Assembly: GCA_040401435.1 (NCBI GenBank)
Contig: JBBAON010000005.1
Span: 9,310-73,309, forward strand
Reading direction: 5' to 3'
Source: Candidatus Methylopumilus sp.
Lineage (GTDB): Bacteria > Pseudomonadota > Gammaproteobacteria > Burkholderiales > Methylophilaceae
Length of the DNA stretch: 64,000 nucleotides
Positions 35,763 through 45,387 of the stretch are shown one piece after another; the first letter of the stretch is position 1; each line of letters opens with the position of its first letter. The notes below the pieces were generated by a model. The model worked only from the letters and a program-made list of their open reading frames with translations, was not told where the DNA came from and made no database searches. A program made the translations under genes and the position numbers.

Positions 35763-35836
35763 TGGAGCGGGTGACGGGAATCGAACCCGCGTATCGAGCT
35801 TGGGAAGCTAGCGTTCTACCATTGAACTACACCCGC
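35763..35836 (-). tRNA. tRNA-Gly (CCC)
   Basis: 74-nt cloverleaf GCGGGTG...CACCCGC-T-CCA, anticodon loop TTCCCAA, T-loop TTCGATT; one mismatch in the anticodon stem. Confidence 0.95.
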
Positions 35837-35894
35837 AATTGACAACGCAGTCTATTTTACCAATTTTGTGCCAAGAGCGCCGTATTTATTGGGT

Positions 35895-35924
35895 TTGCCA
35901 AAAGGTGTGCAAACTACGTAAAAT
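35895..35924 (+). promoter_or_regulatory. Putative sigma70 promoter of thiSG
   Basis: TTGCCA-N18-TAAAAT. Confidence 0.4.
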
Positions 35925-35985
35925 AGACCAATAATTTTGAAAACACATGCCGCTTATTTCTGGGCAGTTTCTGACGAGTATCCAA

Positions 35986-36192
35986 TTGATTCAAATTACG
36001 ATTAACGGAAACCCTAAAACTTTTGATGCAAACATCAATACGCTGGCAGCGTTAGTTGAAAAGCTCGGTTTGGTTGGCAAGCGTCTCGCGATCGAGCGAA
36101 ATGGTGAGATTGTTCCTAAGAGTACATTTGCTGAAGTGCCTTTGCAAACTGGGGATAAGTTAGAAATTGTAGGTGCAGTCGGTGGCGGTTAA
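35986..36192 (+). CDS. thiS: Sulfur carrier protein ThiS
   Basis: ITING, NGEIVP, C-terminal VGGG; probable TTG start at 35986 (start uncertain). Confidence 0.9.
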   Translation: MIQITINGNPKTFDANINTLAALVEKLGLVGKRLAIERNGEIVPKSTFAEVPLQTGDKLEIVGAVGGG

Positions 36193-36222
36193 AAGCCCAG
36201 CGGTTAAGGACGGTTAATAGAA

Positions 36223-37008
36223 ATGAGCATGAACACATTAAATATTGCAGGCAAATCATATAGCTCACGCTTATTGGTGGGTACGGGTAAATATAAAGAC
36301 TTTACTGAAACGCGTGCGGCAATTGATGCCAGCGGCGCTGAAATTGTGACGGTAGCGATTCGCCGTACTAATATTGGTCAAAATGCTGGTGAGCCTTCGT
36401 TACTTGATTACTTGCCACCGGAAGAGTTTACCTATTTGCCAAATACAGCTGGCTGTTACTCGGCTGATGATGCGGTGCGTACATTACGTTTAGCTCGTGA
36501 GTTATTAGATGGCCATAAACTAGTGAAGCTTGAAGTGCTTGGTGACCCTAATACACTCTACCCAAATGTAATAGAAACAATCAAAGCAGCCGAAGTGCTT
36601 GTTAAAGATGGCTTTGACGTAATGGTTTATACCTCGGATGATCCAATTATTTGTAAACAACTGGAAGAAATAGGTTGTTGTGCAGTGATGCCTTTAGCTT
36701 CATTAATTGGTTCAGGCATGGGAATTTTAAATCCTTGGAGTCTTCAAATTATCATTGAAAATGCAAAAGTGCCTGTACTAGTCGATGCTGGTGTGGGAAC
36801 GGCCTCGGACGCTGCGATTGCGATGGAGCTTGGCTGTGCAGGTATTTTGATGAATACGGCGATTGCGGGCGCGAACAATCCAATCTTAATGGCTTCTGCT
36901 ATGAAAAAAGCGGTTGAAGCAGGGCGTGAAGCTTTCCTTGCAGGCCGTATGGCAAAAAAACTTTATTCAGCGACGCCTAGCTCGCCGACTTCTGGATTAA
37001 TTACTTAA
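36223..37008 (+). CDS. thiG: Thiazole synthase
   Basis: [32 protein letters not shown]. Confidence 0.97.
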   Translation: MSMNTLNIAGKSYSSRLLVGTGKYKDFTETRAAIDASGAEIVTVAIRRTNIGQNAGEPSLLDYLPPEEFTYLPNTAGCYSADDAVRTLRLARELLDGHKLVKLEVLGDPNTLYPNVIETIKAAEVLVKDGFDVMVYTSDDPIICKQLEEIGCCAVMPLASLIGSGMGILNPWSLQIIIENAKVPVLVDAGVGTASDAAIAMELGCAGILMNTAIAGANNPILMASAMKKAVEAGREAFLAGRMAKKLYSATPSSPTSGLIT

Positions 37009-37030
37009 TGCTTTTTTTACTTAGGCCTCA

Positions 37031-37456
37031 ATGACTACTGATAAACGATATGAATGTTCGGTCACGGTAAAAACAGAGTTTTTGCCTGACCAGTCTGATG
37101 TGAAATCGGGACGTTACGCTTTTTCTTATCACATTACGATTACCAATACTGGCACAGTTGCTGCACAATTAATTAGCCGTCACTGGATCATTACAGATGC
37201 TGATAAGAAAGTGCAAGAGGTTCGCGGACTAGGCGTAATTGGCGAACAGCCTTTGCTTCAGCCTTCAGCTTCTTTTGAGTACGTCAGCGGCACGGTATTT
37301 AACACGGCTGTAGGCACAATGCACGGGTCTTACCAATTTACGGCGGTGAATGGCACGCAGTTTGAAGTGCTTATCCCTTCTTTTACGTTGTCTATGCCTA
37401 GGGTTTTACATAAATGCGATATACCAAATATTTGCGTTTTTCCTGTTTATTGTTGA
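37031..37456 (+). CDS. apaG: ApaG (with apparent stop read-through extension)
   Basis: QLISRHWIITD, GVIGEQP, PRVLH. Confidence 0.93.
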   Translation: MTTDKRYECSVTVKTEFLPDQSDVKSGRYAFSYHITITNTGTVAAQLISRHWIITDADKKVQEVRGLGVIGEQPLLQPSASFEYVSGTVFNTAVGTMHGSYQFTAVNGTQFEVLIPSFTLSMPRVLHKCDIPNICVFPVYC

Positions 37457-38646
37457 GTGTATTGGCACTCAGCGCCTGCGAAAAACTAAACGTGAAGCCA
37501 ACGCTTTCAGAAGCCCCCGCATGTGTGTGCCCTGTGCCGCCAGTATTGCCTACTAAGCCTGCTGAGCTTAAGTCAGAGCCTATTAAGGTGTCTGATTTTA
37601 GTTTGCTCAAGCCAGCTGACTGGCAAGAGTTAGAAGGCCTGACCAAAGACGATGTCACCCAAGCATGGCCGGCTTGGAAGCTAGGCTGTGCTTTATTAAA
37701 AGCCAAGCCAGCTTGGCAATCAGTTTGTAATGAGGCGGAAAAATTAGAAAGCCCTTCCACAACAGCCATCGTTGATTATTTTAAAAATAATTTTTTAGTC
37801 TATCGCACTACCAATATAGATGGTTCTAGTACTGGCATGATTACTGGATATTATGCACCTGTGATTAAAGGAAACCGTTTCAAAACGGACAAATACCGCT
37901 TTCCTTTATATACGCGTCCAAATGACTTAATCACAGTAGAGTTATCTAGCCTTTTTCCTGAGCTTGCTAATAAAAGAGTGCGTGGACGGGTAGTGGGGAC
38001 TAAATTAATTCCTTATTACAATCGAAGCGAGATTGAGGCAGAAAGTTCACCGTTGCAAGGACGTGAATTTGTTTGGGTGGATGACCAAATTGAGTTGTTC
38101 TTCTTACAGATTCAAGGCTCTGGGATGGTGCATTTTGATAATGGAGAAAAAATGCATGTGGGTTATGCAGATCAAAATGGACAGGCTTATCAATCAATTG
38201 GCCGCTTGCTGATTGAAAAAGGCGAGCTCACTGCGGATAAAGCTTCTATGCAAGGTATTAAAGATTGGGCGCGGAGTAATCCTAACAAGCTTCGCGACCT
38301 ACTTAATGCTAACCCAAGCTATGTATTCTTCCGTGAATTGCCACCTGGATTGCCGGGCCCTATCGGTGCCCTTGGCGCGCCAATTTTAGCTGAGCGTGTA
38401 GTTGCGATTGATCCAAGATTTGTACCACTTGGCGCACCTATTTTCTTATCGACTAATTTACCTAATTCCAATAAGCCATTAAACAGATTGATGATGGCGC
38501 AGGATACTGGGGGTGCAATTAAAGGTGGGGTGCGTGCAGATTTCTTTTGGGGGGCGGGGGATGTCGCTGGCAAATCTGCGGGTTCGATGAAACAACAAGG
38601 TAAAATTTGGGTGTTACTACCTAAAGATTTTCCGTTGCCTAAATGA
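37414..38646 (+). CDS. mltA: Membrane-bound lytic murein transglycosylase A (lipoprotein)
   Basis: Lipobox LSAC, TGYY, LQIQGSG, QDTGGAIKG...DFFWG. Confidence 0.94.
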   Translation: MRYTKYLRFSCLLLSVLALSACEKLNVKPTLSEAPACVCPVPPVLPTKPAELKSEPIKVSDFSLLKPADWQELEGLTKDDVTQAWPAWKLGCALLKAKPAWQSVCNEAEKLESPSTTAIVDYFKNNFLVYRTTNIDGSSTGMITGYYAPVIKGNRFKTDKYRFPLYTRPNDLITVELSSLFPELANKRVRGRVVGTKLIPYYNRSEIEAESSPLQGREFVWVDDQIELFFLQIQGSGMVHFDNGEKMHVGYADQNGQAYQSIGRLLIEKGELTADKASMQGIKDWARSNPNKLRDLLNANPSYVFFRELPPGLPGPIGALGAPILAERVVAIDPRFVPLGAPIFLSTNLPNSNKPLNRLMMAQDTGGAIKGGVRADFFWGAGDVAGKSAGSMKQQGKIWVLLPKDFPLPK

Positions 38647-38670
38647 TTAACACTTAGAAGTGACTGGCAT

Positions 38671-38700
38671 AAAAAAAGGAGCGATTAAGCTCCTTTTTTT
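38671..38700. terminator. Bidirectional intrinsic terminator (mltA / pqqA)
   Basis: A7-GGAGC-GATTAA-GCTCC-T7. Confidence 0.88.
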
Positions 38701-38713
38701 AAATCTTCGAAGA

Positions 38714-38785
38714 TTACTTGTTCATTACGTACATAGTAACTTCAAAGCCAAAACGCATTTCTGTAGCAGCTGGTTTAGTCCACAT
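38714..38785 (-). CDS. pqqA: PQQ precursor peptide PqqA (23 aa)
   Basis: [23 protein letters not shown] with E-x-x-x-Y; AGGAG RBS at 38793-38797; not in the ORF track. Confidence 0.95.
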   Translation of the reverse strand: MWTKPAATEMRFGFEVTMYVMNK

Positions 38786-38921
38786 AGTAATTCTCCTAAT
38801 GTTGTTTTAATCGCTTCGTCATCAGTGTCTCAGCAAGTAAATTGATATTACACTCCTCCAAAAACTTAACACTATCCGTAGCCATTAAAGATGACTAATG
38901 ATTTTCATGAGAGACGCCTCA

Positions 38922-40310
38922 TTACTCTTCGATATTTAGCTCTTGAATCTTTCGGGTTAGCGTGTTGCGCCCCATTCCCAGCTGGGTAGCTGCTTCAATC
39001 CGGCGTCCCCCAGTATGTTGCAACGCTTTCGTAATGAGAATTTTTTCAAACAAATTTGCACGTGTTTCCAAAATGTTTTGTTCGCCGCGATTGAGCGCAC
39101 TCATCACCTCGACCGCCAGTGCCTCTTGCCACGAGGAGGCTGTCATTGGCTTAGCAGAATCCTCTTTAAGCTCTGGCGGCAAATCAGCGACATCAATATT
39201 TTGACCAGGCGCCATCACTGTGAGCCAATGACAAACGTTTTCAAGTTGTCGAACGTTACCACTCCAGCTCATGCTGCTTAAGTATTTTAGCGCGGCAGGC
39301 GTTGGTTGTTTTGGATCAACGCCCAACTCATTTGCGCTGTGAAGTAAGAAATGTCTTACTAATAACGGCACATCTTCTGGACGTTCCCGTAAGGCAGGCA
39401 ACCTAAGCCGAATCACATTTAGTCGGTGAAATAAATCTTCTCGGAATAAGCCTTGTTTAACCCGTTCCTCCAAGTCCTGATGTGTTGCCGCAATAATTCG
39501 AACATTAACTTTGACGGGCTGATGGCCACCTACGCGATAGAACTGGCCATCGCAAAGCACGCGTAGTAAACGAGTTTGCAGGTCAGAGGGCATGTCGCCA
39601 ATCTCATCAAGAAATAAAGTGCCGCCATCGGCTTGTTCGAAGCGCCCGCGTCTTGCTGCTTGTGCCCCGGTAAAAGCACCGCGCTCGTGACCAAATAATT
39701 CTGACTCTAATAAGTCTTTTGGAATGGCAGCAGTATTAATCGCAATAAAAGTTTTATCGGCACGTGGGCTGTGGCGATGCAAAGCGCTTGCTACGAGCTC
39801 TTTACCCGTTCCAGATTCGCCGTTGATTAGCACTGTCGCATGAGAACGACTTAATCGACCAATTGCACGAAACACCTCTTGCATGGCTGGCGCCTGCCCA
39901 ATGATTTCTGGCGTTTCTTCAGTAGAGTGAATTTCCGCTGATTGATGCTGACTTTCATCAATAGCTTGGCGGATAACTTCAATGGCTTGATCCACGTCAA
40001 ATGGCTTGGCTAAGTATTCAAATGCGCCACCTTGAAATGCTGCAACTGCGCTTTCTAAATCAGAATAAGCTGTCATGATAATCACAGGCACGTCAGGTAG
40101 TCTTTGCTTAACGACTTGCAAAAAGTCCAAGCCTGAACCGTTTGGCATGCGTATGTCGCTGACAATGATTTGCGGGGTTTCATGATCCAGTGCATTTAAC
40201 GCCTCAGGCGTTGATGCAAAAGTTTTGAATTCCATTTCACTGCGCGCCAAAGCTTTTTCAAATACCCAGCGAATTGATTTGTCGTCGTCGATAATCCAAA
40301 TTGGTTTCAT
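38922..40310 (-). CDS. ntrC: Nitrogen regulation response regulator NtrC (GlnG)
   Basis: Receiver domain, [28 protein letters not shown]. Confidence 0.97.
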   Translation of the reverse strand: MKPIWIIDDDKSIRWVFEKALARSEMEFKTFASTPEALNALDHETPQIIVSDIRMPNGSGLDFLQVVKQRLPDVPVIIMTAYSDLESAVAAFQGGAFEYLAKPFDVDQAIEVIRQAIDESQHQSAEIHSTEETPEIIGQAPAMQEVFRAIGRLSRSHATVLINGESGTGKELVASALHRHSPRADKTFIAINTAAIPKDLLESELFGHERGAFTGAQAARRGRFEQADGGTLFLDEIGDMPSDLQTRLLRVLCDGQFYRVGGHQPVKVNVRIIAATHQDLEERVKQGLFREDLFHRLNVIRLRLPALRERPEDVPLLVRHFLLHSANELGVDPKQPTPAALKYLSSMSWSGNVRQLENVCHWLTVMAPGQNIDVADLPPELKEDSAKPMTASSWQEALAVEVMSALNRGEQNILETRANLFEKILITKALQHTGGRRIEAATQLGMGRNTLTRKIQELNIEE

Positions 40311-40336
40311 GTTTTACCTATTGATAATTTTAATGC

Positions 40337-41440
40337 TTATTGTTTGACCACATCACTATTGACCACAGAGCTTTCAATCGGAAGCAAAATCGTAAAGCAG
40401 GTTTGACCAGGAACGCTTTCGCATTCAATCATGCCGTGGTGTTGCGTAATAAAGGTTTGTGCAAGTGAAAGGCCTAAACCAGAACCACCTTCTCTTCCAG
40501 AAACCAATGGGAAAAAGATCCGCTCGCGAAGTCCATCAGGAATGCCTGGGCCGTTGTCGATGATTTGCAATTTAATCGCGACACGATAACGTTTTTTTGC
40601 CAAGGTGACTTGGCGTTCAGCGCGTGTGCGTAAAGTAATTTTTCCATCCTTTTGCCCATTGGCCTGCATAGCCTGTACTGCATTACGTGCAATGTTGAGC
40701 ACAGCTTGAATAAGCTTTTCTCGGTCACCAATGATCTCAGGCAAGCTAGTGTCGTAATCTCGTTGTACTAAAATTTTGAAGGCATCTTTCGACGACTCTG
40801 CAAGCAATAAGCTACGGACGCGCTCTAGGACTTCATGGATGTTTGTTGGCTCATATTTCGGCACGCGATGCGGCACCAACAATCTATCCATTAATAATTG
40901 AAGTCGGTCTGCTTCTTTAATAATGACTTGCGTATATTCCCGCAAGCTGGCTTGTGGCAACTCATGTTCTAGCAATTGCGCTGCTCCGCGAAGGCCACCT
41001 AGTGGATTACGAATTTCGTGTGCTAAGTTACGAAGCAATTCTGCATTGGCTTGTTGTTGCACTAACATGCGTTCTTCTCGCGCCATGCGAAGTTGCTGAT
41101 CCATTTGTTGGAACTCTAGGACTATGCAAACGTTCGGCTGCTCAACTGGAGTGACGGTGCAAGTGACCGATAAAGCGTGTTGTCGAAGTGTGGTAATGAT
41201 AAACTCATGCTCGCGAAAGGGACTGTTCGTGCTCATCGCGTTTTCAACTGCAGCATGCAAAATTTCACAACCTGGGAATACCTGGGCAATAGGTAAGCCG
41301 CAAATTTGCTTCGCACTAAATGCAAAGAGCACTTCTGCGCCAGGATTAGCATAGACAACATGGCGAGCATCATTGAGTAAAATCACCGCTGTCGCGAGAT
41401 GCTCAAGTCCAGTAAATGATGAGGGTATTTTTTGATCCAT
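40337..41440 (-). CDS. ntrB: Nitrogen regulation sensor kinase NtrB (GlnL)
   Basis: PAS domain, LAHEIRNPLGG, DNGPGIP, GSGLGL. Confidence 0.96.
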   Translation of the reverse strand: MDQKIPSSFTGLEHLATAVILLNDARHVVYANPGAEVLFAFSAKQICGLPIAQVFPGCEILHAAVENAMSTNSPFREHEFIITTLRQHALSVTCTVTPVEQPNVCIVLEFQQMDQQLRMAREERMLVQQQANAELLRNLAHEIRNPLGGLRGAAQLLEHELPQASLREYTQVIIKEADRLQLLMDRLLVPHRVPKYEPTNIHEVLERVRSLLLAESSKDAFKILVQRDYDTSLPEIIGDREKLIQAVLNIARNAVQAMQANGQKDGKITLRTRAERQVTLAKKRYRVAIKLQIIDNGPGIPDGLRERIFFPLVSGREGGSGLGLSLAQTFITQHHGMIECESVPGQTCFTILLPIESSVVNSDVVKQ

Positions 41441-41452
41441 GGTATTGCTATA

Positions 41453-41469
41453 AGCAACCTATATGCCAA
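41453..41469 (-). promoter_or_regulatory. Sigma54 -24/-12 promoter of ntrBC
   Basis: TTGGCATATAGGTTGCT (GG-N10-GC). Confidence 0.75.
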
Positions 41470-41554
41470 CAAGATGAAAAGACTGACTATCCAGCTATTT
41501 CGCCAAGAGATCGTCGAATAAGTCAAAGCGCTATTCTAACCCGAATCACTTTAA

Positions 41555-41571
41555 TGCACTATTTTAGTGCA
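41555..41571. promoter_or_regulatory. NtrC binding site upstream of ntrB
   Basis: TGCACTATTTTAGTGCA (TGCAC-N7-GTGCA). Confidence 0.8.
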
Positions 41572-41648
41572 GATCAACTCTCGCAAGGCTAACCTCTTAA
41601 TGGAGAGGTAATTTGACTGATGTTGTGAGGAGTCTCAAACTAGGAACG

Positions 41649-41675
41649 AAAAAAGGCGGGTTACCCCGCCTTTTT
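41649..41675 (-). terminator. Intrinsic terminator after glnA
   Basis: A6-GGCGGG-TTAC-CCCGCC-T5. Confidence 0.88.
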
Positions 41676-41696
41676 CTTTTGCTAATGTAAAACTAA

Positions 41697-43106
41697 TTAG
41701 CAGCTATAGTACAAACCAAACTCAGCTGGGTGTGGTGTCATACGTAATTTATTCACTTCTTCCATTTTCAATGCAATGTAAGCATCGATCCAGTCATCAG
41801 AGAATACACCGCCACGCGTTAAGAACTCGCGGTCTTTGTCCAAATTAGCCAACGCTTCTTCTAATGAAGCACAAACTGTTGGGATCAAAGCATCTTCTTC
41901 TGGTGGAAGATGGTACAAGTCTTTAGTTGCTGGCTCACCTGGGTGAATCTTGTTTTGAACGCCATCAAGACCAGCCATCATCAATGCGCTAAATGCTAAG
42001 TATGGGTTAGCAATTGGATCTGGGAAGCGAGCCTCAACACGGCGTGCTTTGTCAGAGTGAACGAATGGAATACGGATTGAAGCAGAACGGTTCTTAGCTG
42101 AGTAAGCTAATTTAACTGGTGCTTCAAAGTGTGGAACCAAACGTTTGTATGAGTTAGTACCTGGGTTAGTAATCGCGTTCAATGCTTTAGCGTGCTTGAT
42201 AATGCCGCCGATGTAGTAAAGCGCGAAGTCGCTCAAACCAGCATAGCCGTTACCAGCGAACAAGTTTTTGCCATCTTTCCAGATTGATTGGTGAACGTGC
42301 ATACCTGAACCGTTATCGCCAGCGAAAGGCTTAGGCATAAATGTTGCAGTTTTACCGTATGCGTGTGCAGTATTGAGCACAACGTATTTAGTAATTTGTG
42401 TCCAGTCAGCGCGTTCCGTCAATGTGCTAAATCTAGTACCGATTTCACATTGACCAGCAGTTGCCACTTCGTGGTGATGCACTTCAACAGGCACGCCCAT
42501 TTCTTCAAGCGCAATGCACATTGCAGAACGTACGTCTTGTAATGAATCGACTGGAGGCACTGGGAAATAACCCCCTTTAACGCCTGGACGGTGACCCGTG
42601 TTACCGCCTTCGAATTTCTCGCCTGAAGCCCAAGCACCCTCTTCAGAGTTGATGCGCACTGAACTGCCGTTCATGCTCACGTCCCATTGGATTGAGTCAA
42701 AAATAAAGAATTCTGGCTCTGGACCAAAATAAGCGGTATCACCGATACCACTTGACTTTAAGTACGCTTCAGCACGTTTTGCCAAGCTACGTGGGCAACG
42801 GTCATAACCTTTGCCATCTGTAGGGTCAACTACGTCACAAGTTAAAATCAATGTTGGCTCGTCCATGAATGGATCGATGTTCGCTGTATCTGGATCAGGC
42901 ATCAATTGCATATCAGATGCTTGAATACCTTTCCAACCAGAGATTGAAGAACCGTCAAACGCATGGCCTTCAGTGAATTTTTCTTCGTTAAATGCTGAAA
43001 CAGGGACAGTAACGTGTTGTTCTTTACCACGAGTGTCGGTGAAGCGGAAATCAACAAACTTAATGTCGTTGTCCTTCACCATCTTCATTACGTCGGCGAT
43101 AGCCAT
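41697..43106 (-). CDS. glnA: Glutamine synthetase type I
   Basis: [34 protein letters not shown] adenylylation-site Tyr. Confidence 0.99.
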   Translation of the reverse strand: MAIADVMKMVKDNDIKFVDFRFTDTRGKEQHVTVPVSAFNEEKFTEGHAFDGSSISGWKGIQASDMQLMPDPDTANIDPFMDEPTLILTCDVVDPTDGKGYDRCPRSLAKRAEAYLKSSGIGDTAYFGPEPEFFIFDSIQWDVSMNGSSVRINSEEGAWASGEKFEGGNTGHRPGVKGGYFPVPPVDSLQDVRSAMCIALEEMGVPVEVHHHEVATAGQCEIGTRFSTLTERADWTQITKYVVLNTAHAYGKTATFMPKPFAGDNGSGMHVHQSIWKDGKNLFAGNGYAGLSDFALYYIGGIIKHAKALNAITNPGTNSYKRLVPHFEAPVKLAYSAKNRSASIRIPFVHSDKARRVEARFPDPIANPYLAFSALMMAGLDGVQNKIHPGEPATKDLYHLPPEEDALIPTVCASLEEALANLDKDREFLTRGGVFSDDWIDAYIALKMEEVNKLRMTPHPAEFGLYYSC

Positions 43107-43161
43107 TTATTTCTCCTAAAATACACTTAATAAATAAACAAAAAATCAGACATATTTTACG

Positions 43162-43178
43162 AGCAATAAATATGCCAA
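43162..43178 (-). promoter_or_regulatory. Sigma54 -24/-12 promoter of glnA
   Basis: TTGGCATATTTATTGCT (GG-N10-GC). Confidence 0.85.
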
Positions 43179-43239
43179 TATGAGATTCGTATATCTTATT
43201 ATTTTCACACATATAGTTAGAAAAGAGAACCTAAAATGC

Positions 43240-43286
43240 TGCCCCAGTTTTGTGCGGTACATATGAAATTGCACCATAATAGTGCG
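43240..43286. promoter_or_regulatory. Tandem NtrC enhancer sites for glnA
   Basis: TGCCCCAGTTTTGTGCG (43240-43256) and TGCACCATAATAGTGCG (43270-43286), 30 bp apart. Confidence 0.78.
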
Positions 43287-43356
43287 ATTGTGCGTGTAGG
43301 CTTAAATACAGCTATACTTTACGCAAATTAGACAGCAGCCATTACAGGGAACCAAC

Positions 43357-43812
43357 ATGGAAACACTTTCAGCGATTTTAGAAAAAGCAAAACAACGTGC
43401 AGGGGATTTAAATCTTCCTTACGCTGGTGCATTAACCCCAAAAGAAGCCTATCAAGTATTAGAGTTAACGAAAAATGCGAAGTTGGTTGATGTGCGAACT
43501 CGTGCGGAATTAGAATTGGTTGGCCGTGTAGCCCAAGCTGCGCATATTGAATGGGCGTTTTATCCTGGTATGGTGGCTAATCCTGATTTTGCTTCTCAAA
43601 TCAGAACCCAGCTCGACCCAGAAGCGTTAACGATTTTCATGTGTCGCACCGGCGGTCGCTCGCACAATGCAGCAGTATTAGCTGCTCAGCTTGGATTTAG
43701 TGAAGCCTACAATATGCTAGAAGGTTTTGAAGGTGAGGCAACGCCAGATCACAAACAGCGTTGCAAATTGAATGGCTGGAAAGTGGCTGAACTGCCTTGG
43801 ACTAACGCTTAA
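43357..43812 (+). CDS. Single-domain rhodanese-like protein
   Basis: LVDVRT, MCRTGGRS, LEGFEG, GWKVAELPW. Confidence 0.9.
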   Translation: METLSAILEKAKQRAGDLNLPYAGALTPKEAYQVLELTKNAKLVDVRTRAELELVGRVAQAAHIEWAFYPGMVANPDFASQIRTQLDPEALTIFMCRTGGRSHNAAVLAAQLGFSEAYNMLEGFEGEATPDHKQRCKLNGWKVAELPWTNA

Positions 43813-43827
43813 GTTAGAGTTGTTTAT

Positions 43828-44661
43828 ATGACCGATTTTTACGCCGTCATTGGCAACCCGATAGCGCATAGCAAATCCCCCTTGATTCACCATGCATTCG
43901 CGCAGTTGACCCATCAAGATATTCAGTATGAGCTTGTACTGGCGCCGATGGATGGTTTTGCTGAAACAGTACATGGCTTGATTTTACATGGTTTTAAAGG
44001 GGCCAATGTTACCGTGCCTTTTAAGCTCGAAGCTTTTGCGATGGCCAATCGTTTAACTGAGCGTGCCCAAGATGCGGGTGCGGTGAATACTTTAATATTT
44101 GATGCTGAAGGCATTGTCGGCGACAACACCGACGGGGTAGGTTTGGTAAGCGATATTACCCAAAACATCGGCGTGTCATTTGCTGGTAAACGCGTTTTGC
44201 TTATTGGCGCTGGCGGCGCATCCGAAGGTGTGTTGCATCCTATTTTGGCAGAGCAACCTGCGCTGCTTATTATCACTAATCGCACTTTGGATAAGGCGCT
44301 CAATATGGTGAAGCGCGTAGAAGCGCGTGACGAGATGTTGTTTGTTTCCATCAATGCTTATGCGTTTGACGATCTCCATGATCAACAATTTGATATTGTC
44401 ATCAATGCAACTTCTGCGGGTTTAACAGACAGCCACTTACCCCTTCCCAGTGGTATTTTTGCACCTAATGCTTTAGCTTACGACATGATGTATGGACGCA
44501 TTACGCCATTTATGGCATTTGCACTTGAGCATGGCGCAACTGTTTTTGGTGGACTCGGGATGCTAATTGAGCAAGCTGCTGAGGCTTTTTCTGTGTGGCG
44601 TGGTACTCGCCCGCCAACGGCGCCTGTGATTGAAATGTTTAAACAACAGTCAAAAGCTTAG
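43828..44661 (+). CDS. aroE: Shikimate dehydrogenase
   Basis: GNPIAHSKSP, NVTVPFK, GDNTDG, GAGGA. Confidence 0.96.
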   Translation: MTDFYAVIGNPIAHSKSPLIHHAFAQLTHQDIQYELVLAPMDGFAETVHGLILHGFKGANVTVPFKLEAFAMANRLTERAQDAGAVNTLIFDAEGIVGDNTDGVGLVSDITQNIGVSFAGKRVLLIGAGGASEGVLHPILAEQPALLIITNRTLDKALNMVKRVEARDEMLFVSINAYAFDDLHDQQFDIVINATSAGLTDSHLPLPSGIFAPNALAYDMMYGRITPFMAFALEHGATVFGGLGMLIEQAAEAFSVWRGTRPPTAPVIEMFKQQSKA

Positions 44662-44664
44662 CGC

Positions 44665-45357
44665 ATGCGTTTGTCTTCGAATTTTTGGCGCTTGTTGAAA
44701 TGGCTCGTCATCTTCATTGTGGTTTACCAGCTTTGGATCTTTCTGCATATTTGCTGGTGGGTGAATCACAACCCCTCGACGAGTGCTTTTATGGAAGATC
44801 GTTTGGAGGTCTTACAGGAAGATAACCCCAATGCGGTGCTTAAACATCGCTGGGTAGATTATAGAAAAATTTCCACCAACTTAAAGCGCGCCCTCATTGC
44901 GGCAGAAGATGCCAAATTTGTGGATCACGAAGGCTTCGACTGGGATGGTATTCAAAAAGCTTATGAAAAAAATCTTAAAAAAGGCAAGGTAGTCGCAGGC
45001 GGTTCAACGATTAGCCAGCAACTCGCTAAAAATTTGTTTCTATCAACTAAAAGAACGCCTTGGCGCAAAGCTGAGGAAGCGATGATTACAGTGATGCTTG
45101 AAGCGACCATGAGTAAGCGTCGGATTTTTGAAATTTATTTGAATGTGATTGAATGGGGGAACGGCATATTTGGTGCAGAAGCCGCCGCCAAATATTATTA
45201 TCATACGAGCGCTAAAAATTTAAATACTGAGCAAGCTGCAAAGCTGGCTGCCATGGTGCCCAATCCACGTTATTACGATAAGCATCGTCAAGCTAAGGGT
45301 TTGATACGTAAAACAGGGATCATTGCGGCGCGTATGAATAGCGCAGAAATTCCTTAA
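44665..45357 (+). CDS. mtgA: Monofunctional peptidoglycan transglycosylase
   Basis: AEDAKFVDHEGFD, GGSTISQQLAKNL, RKAEE. Confidence 0.95.
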   Translation: MRLSSNFWRLLKWLVIFIVVYQLWIFLHICWWVNHNPSTSAFMEDRLEVLQEDNPNAVLKHRWVDYRKISTNLKRALIAAEDAKFVDHEGFDWDGIQKAYEKNLKKGKVVAGGSTISQQLAKNLFLSTKRTPWRKAEEAMITVMLEATMSKRRIFEIYLNVIEWGNGIFGAEAAAKYYYHTSAKNLNTEQAAKLAAMVPNPRYYDKHRQAKGLIRKTGIIAARMNSAEIP

Positions 45358-45387
45358 ATCTAGCTTTTACGCCTAGTCTTTACCTTC

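Larger units (their letters stand above)
33278..35809 (-). mobile_element. Integrase-less genomic islet inserted at tRNA-Gly(CCC)
   Basis: Bounded by 47-bp direct repeats of the tRNA 3' part (33278-33324 and 35763-35809); visibly AT-richer cargo; two envelope-modification genes. Confidence 0.8.

Noticed and set aside
38660-38845. 61-aa plus-strand ORF after mltA
   Set aside because: Antisense to pqqA and crosses the terminator; pqqA explains the sequence.
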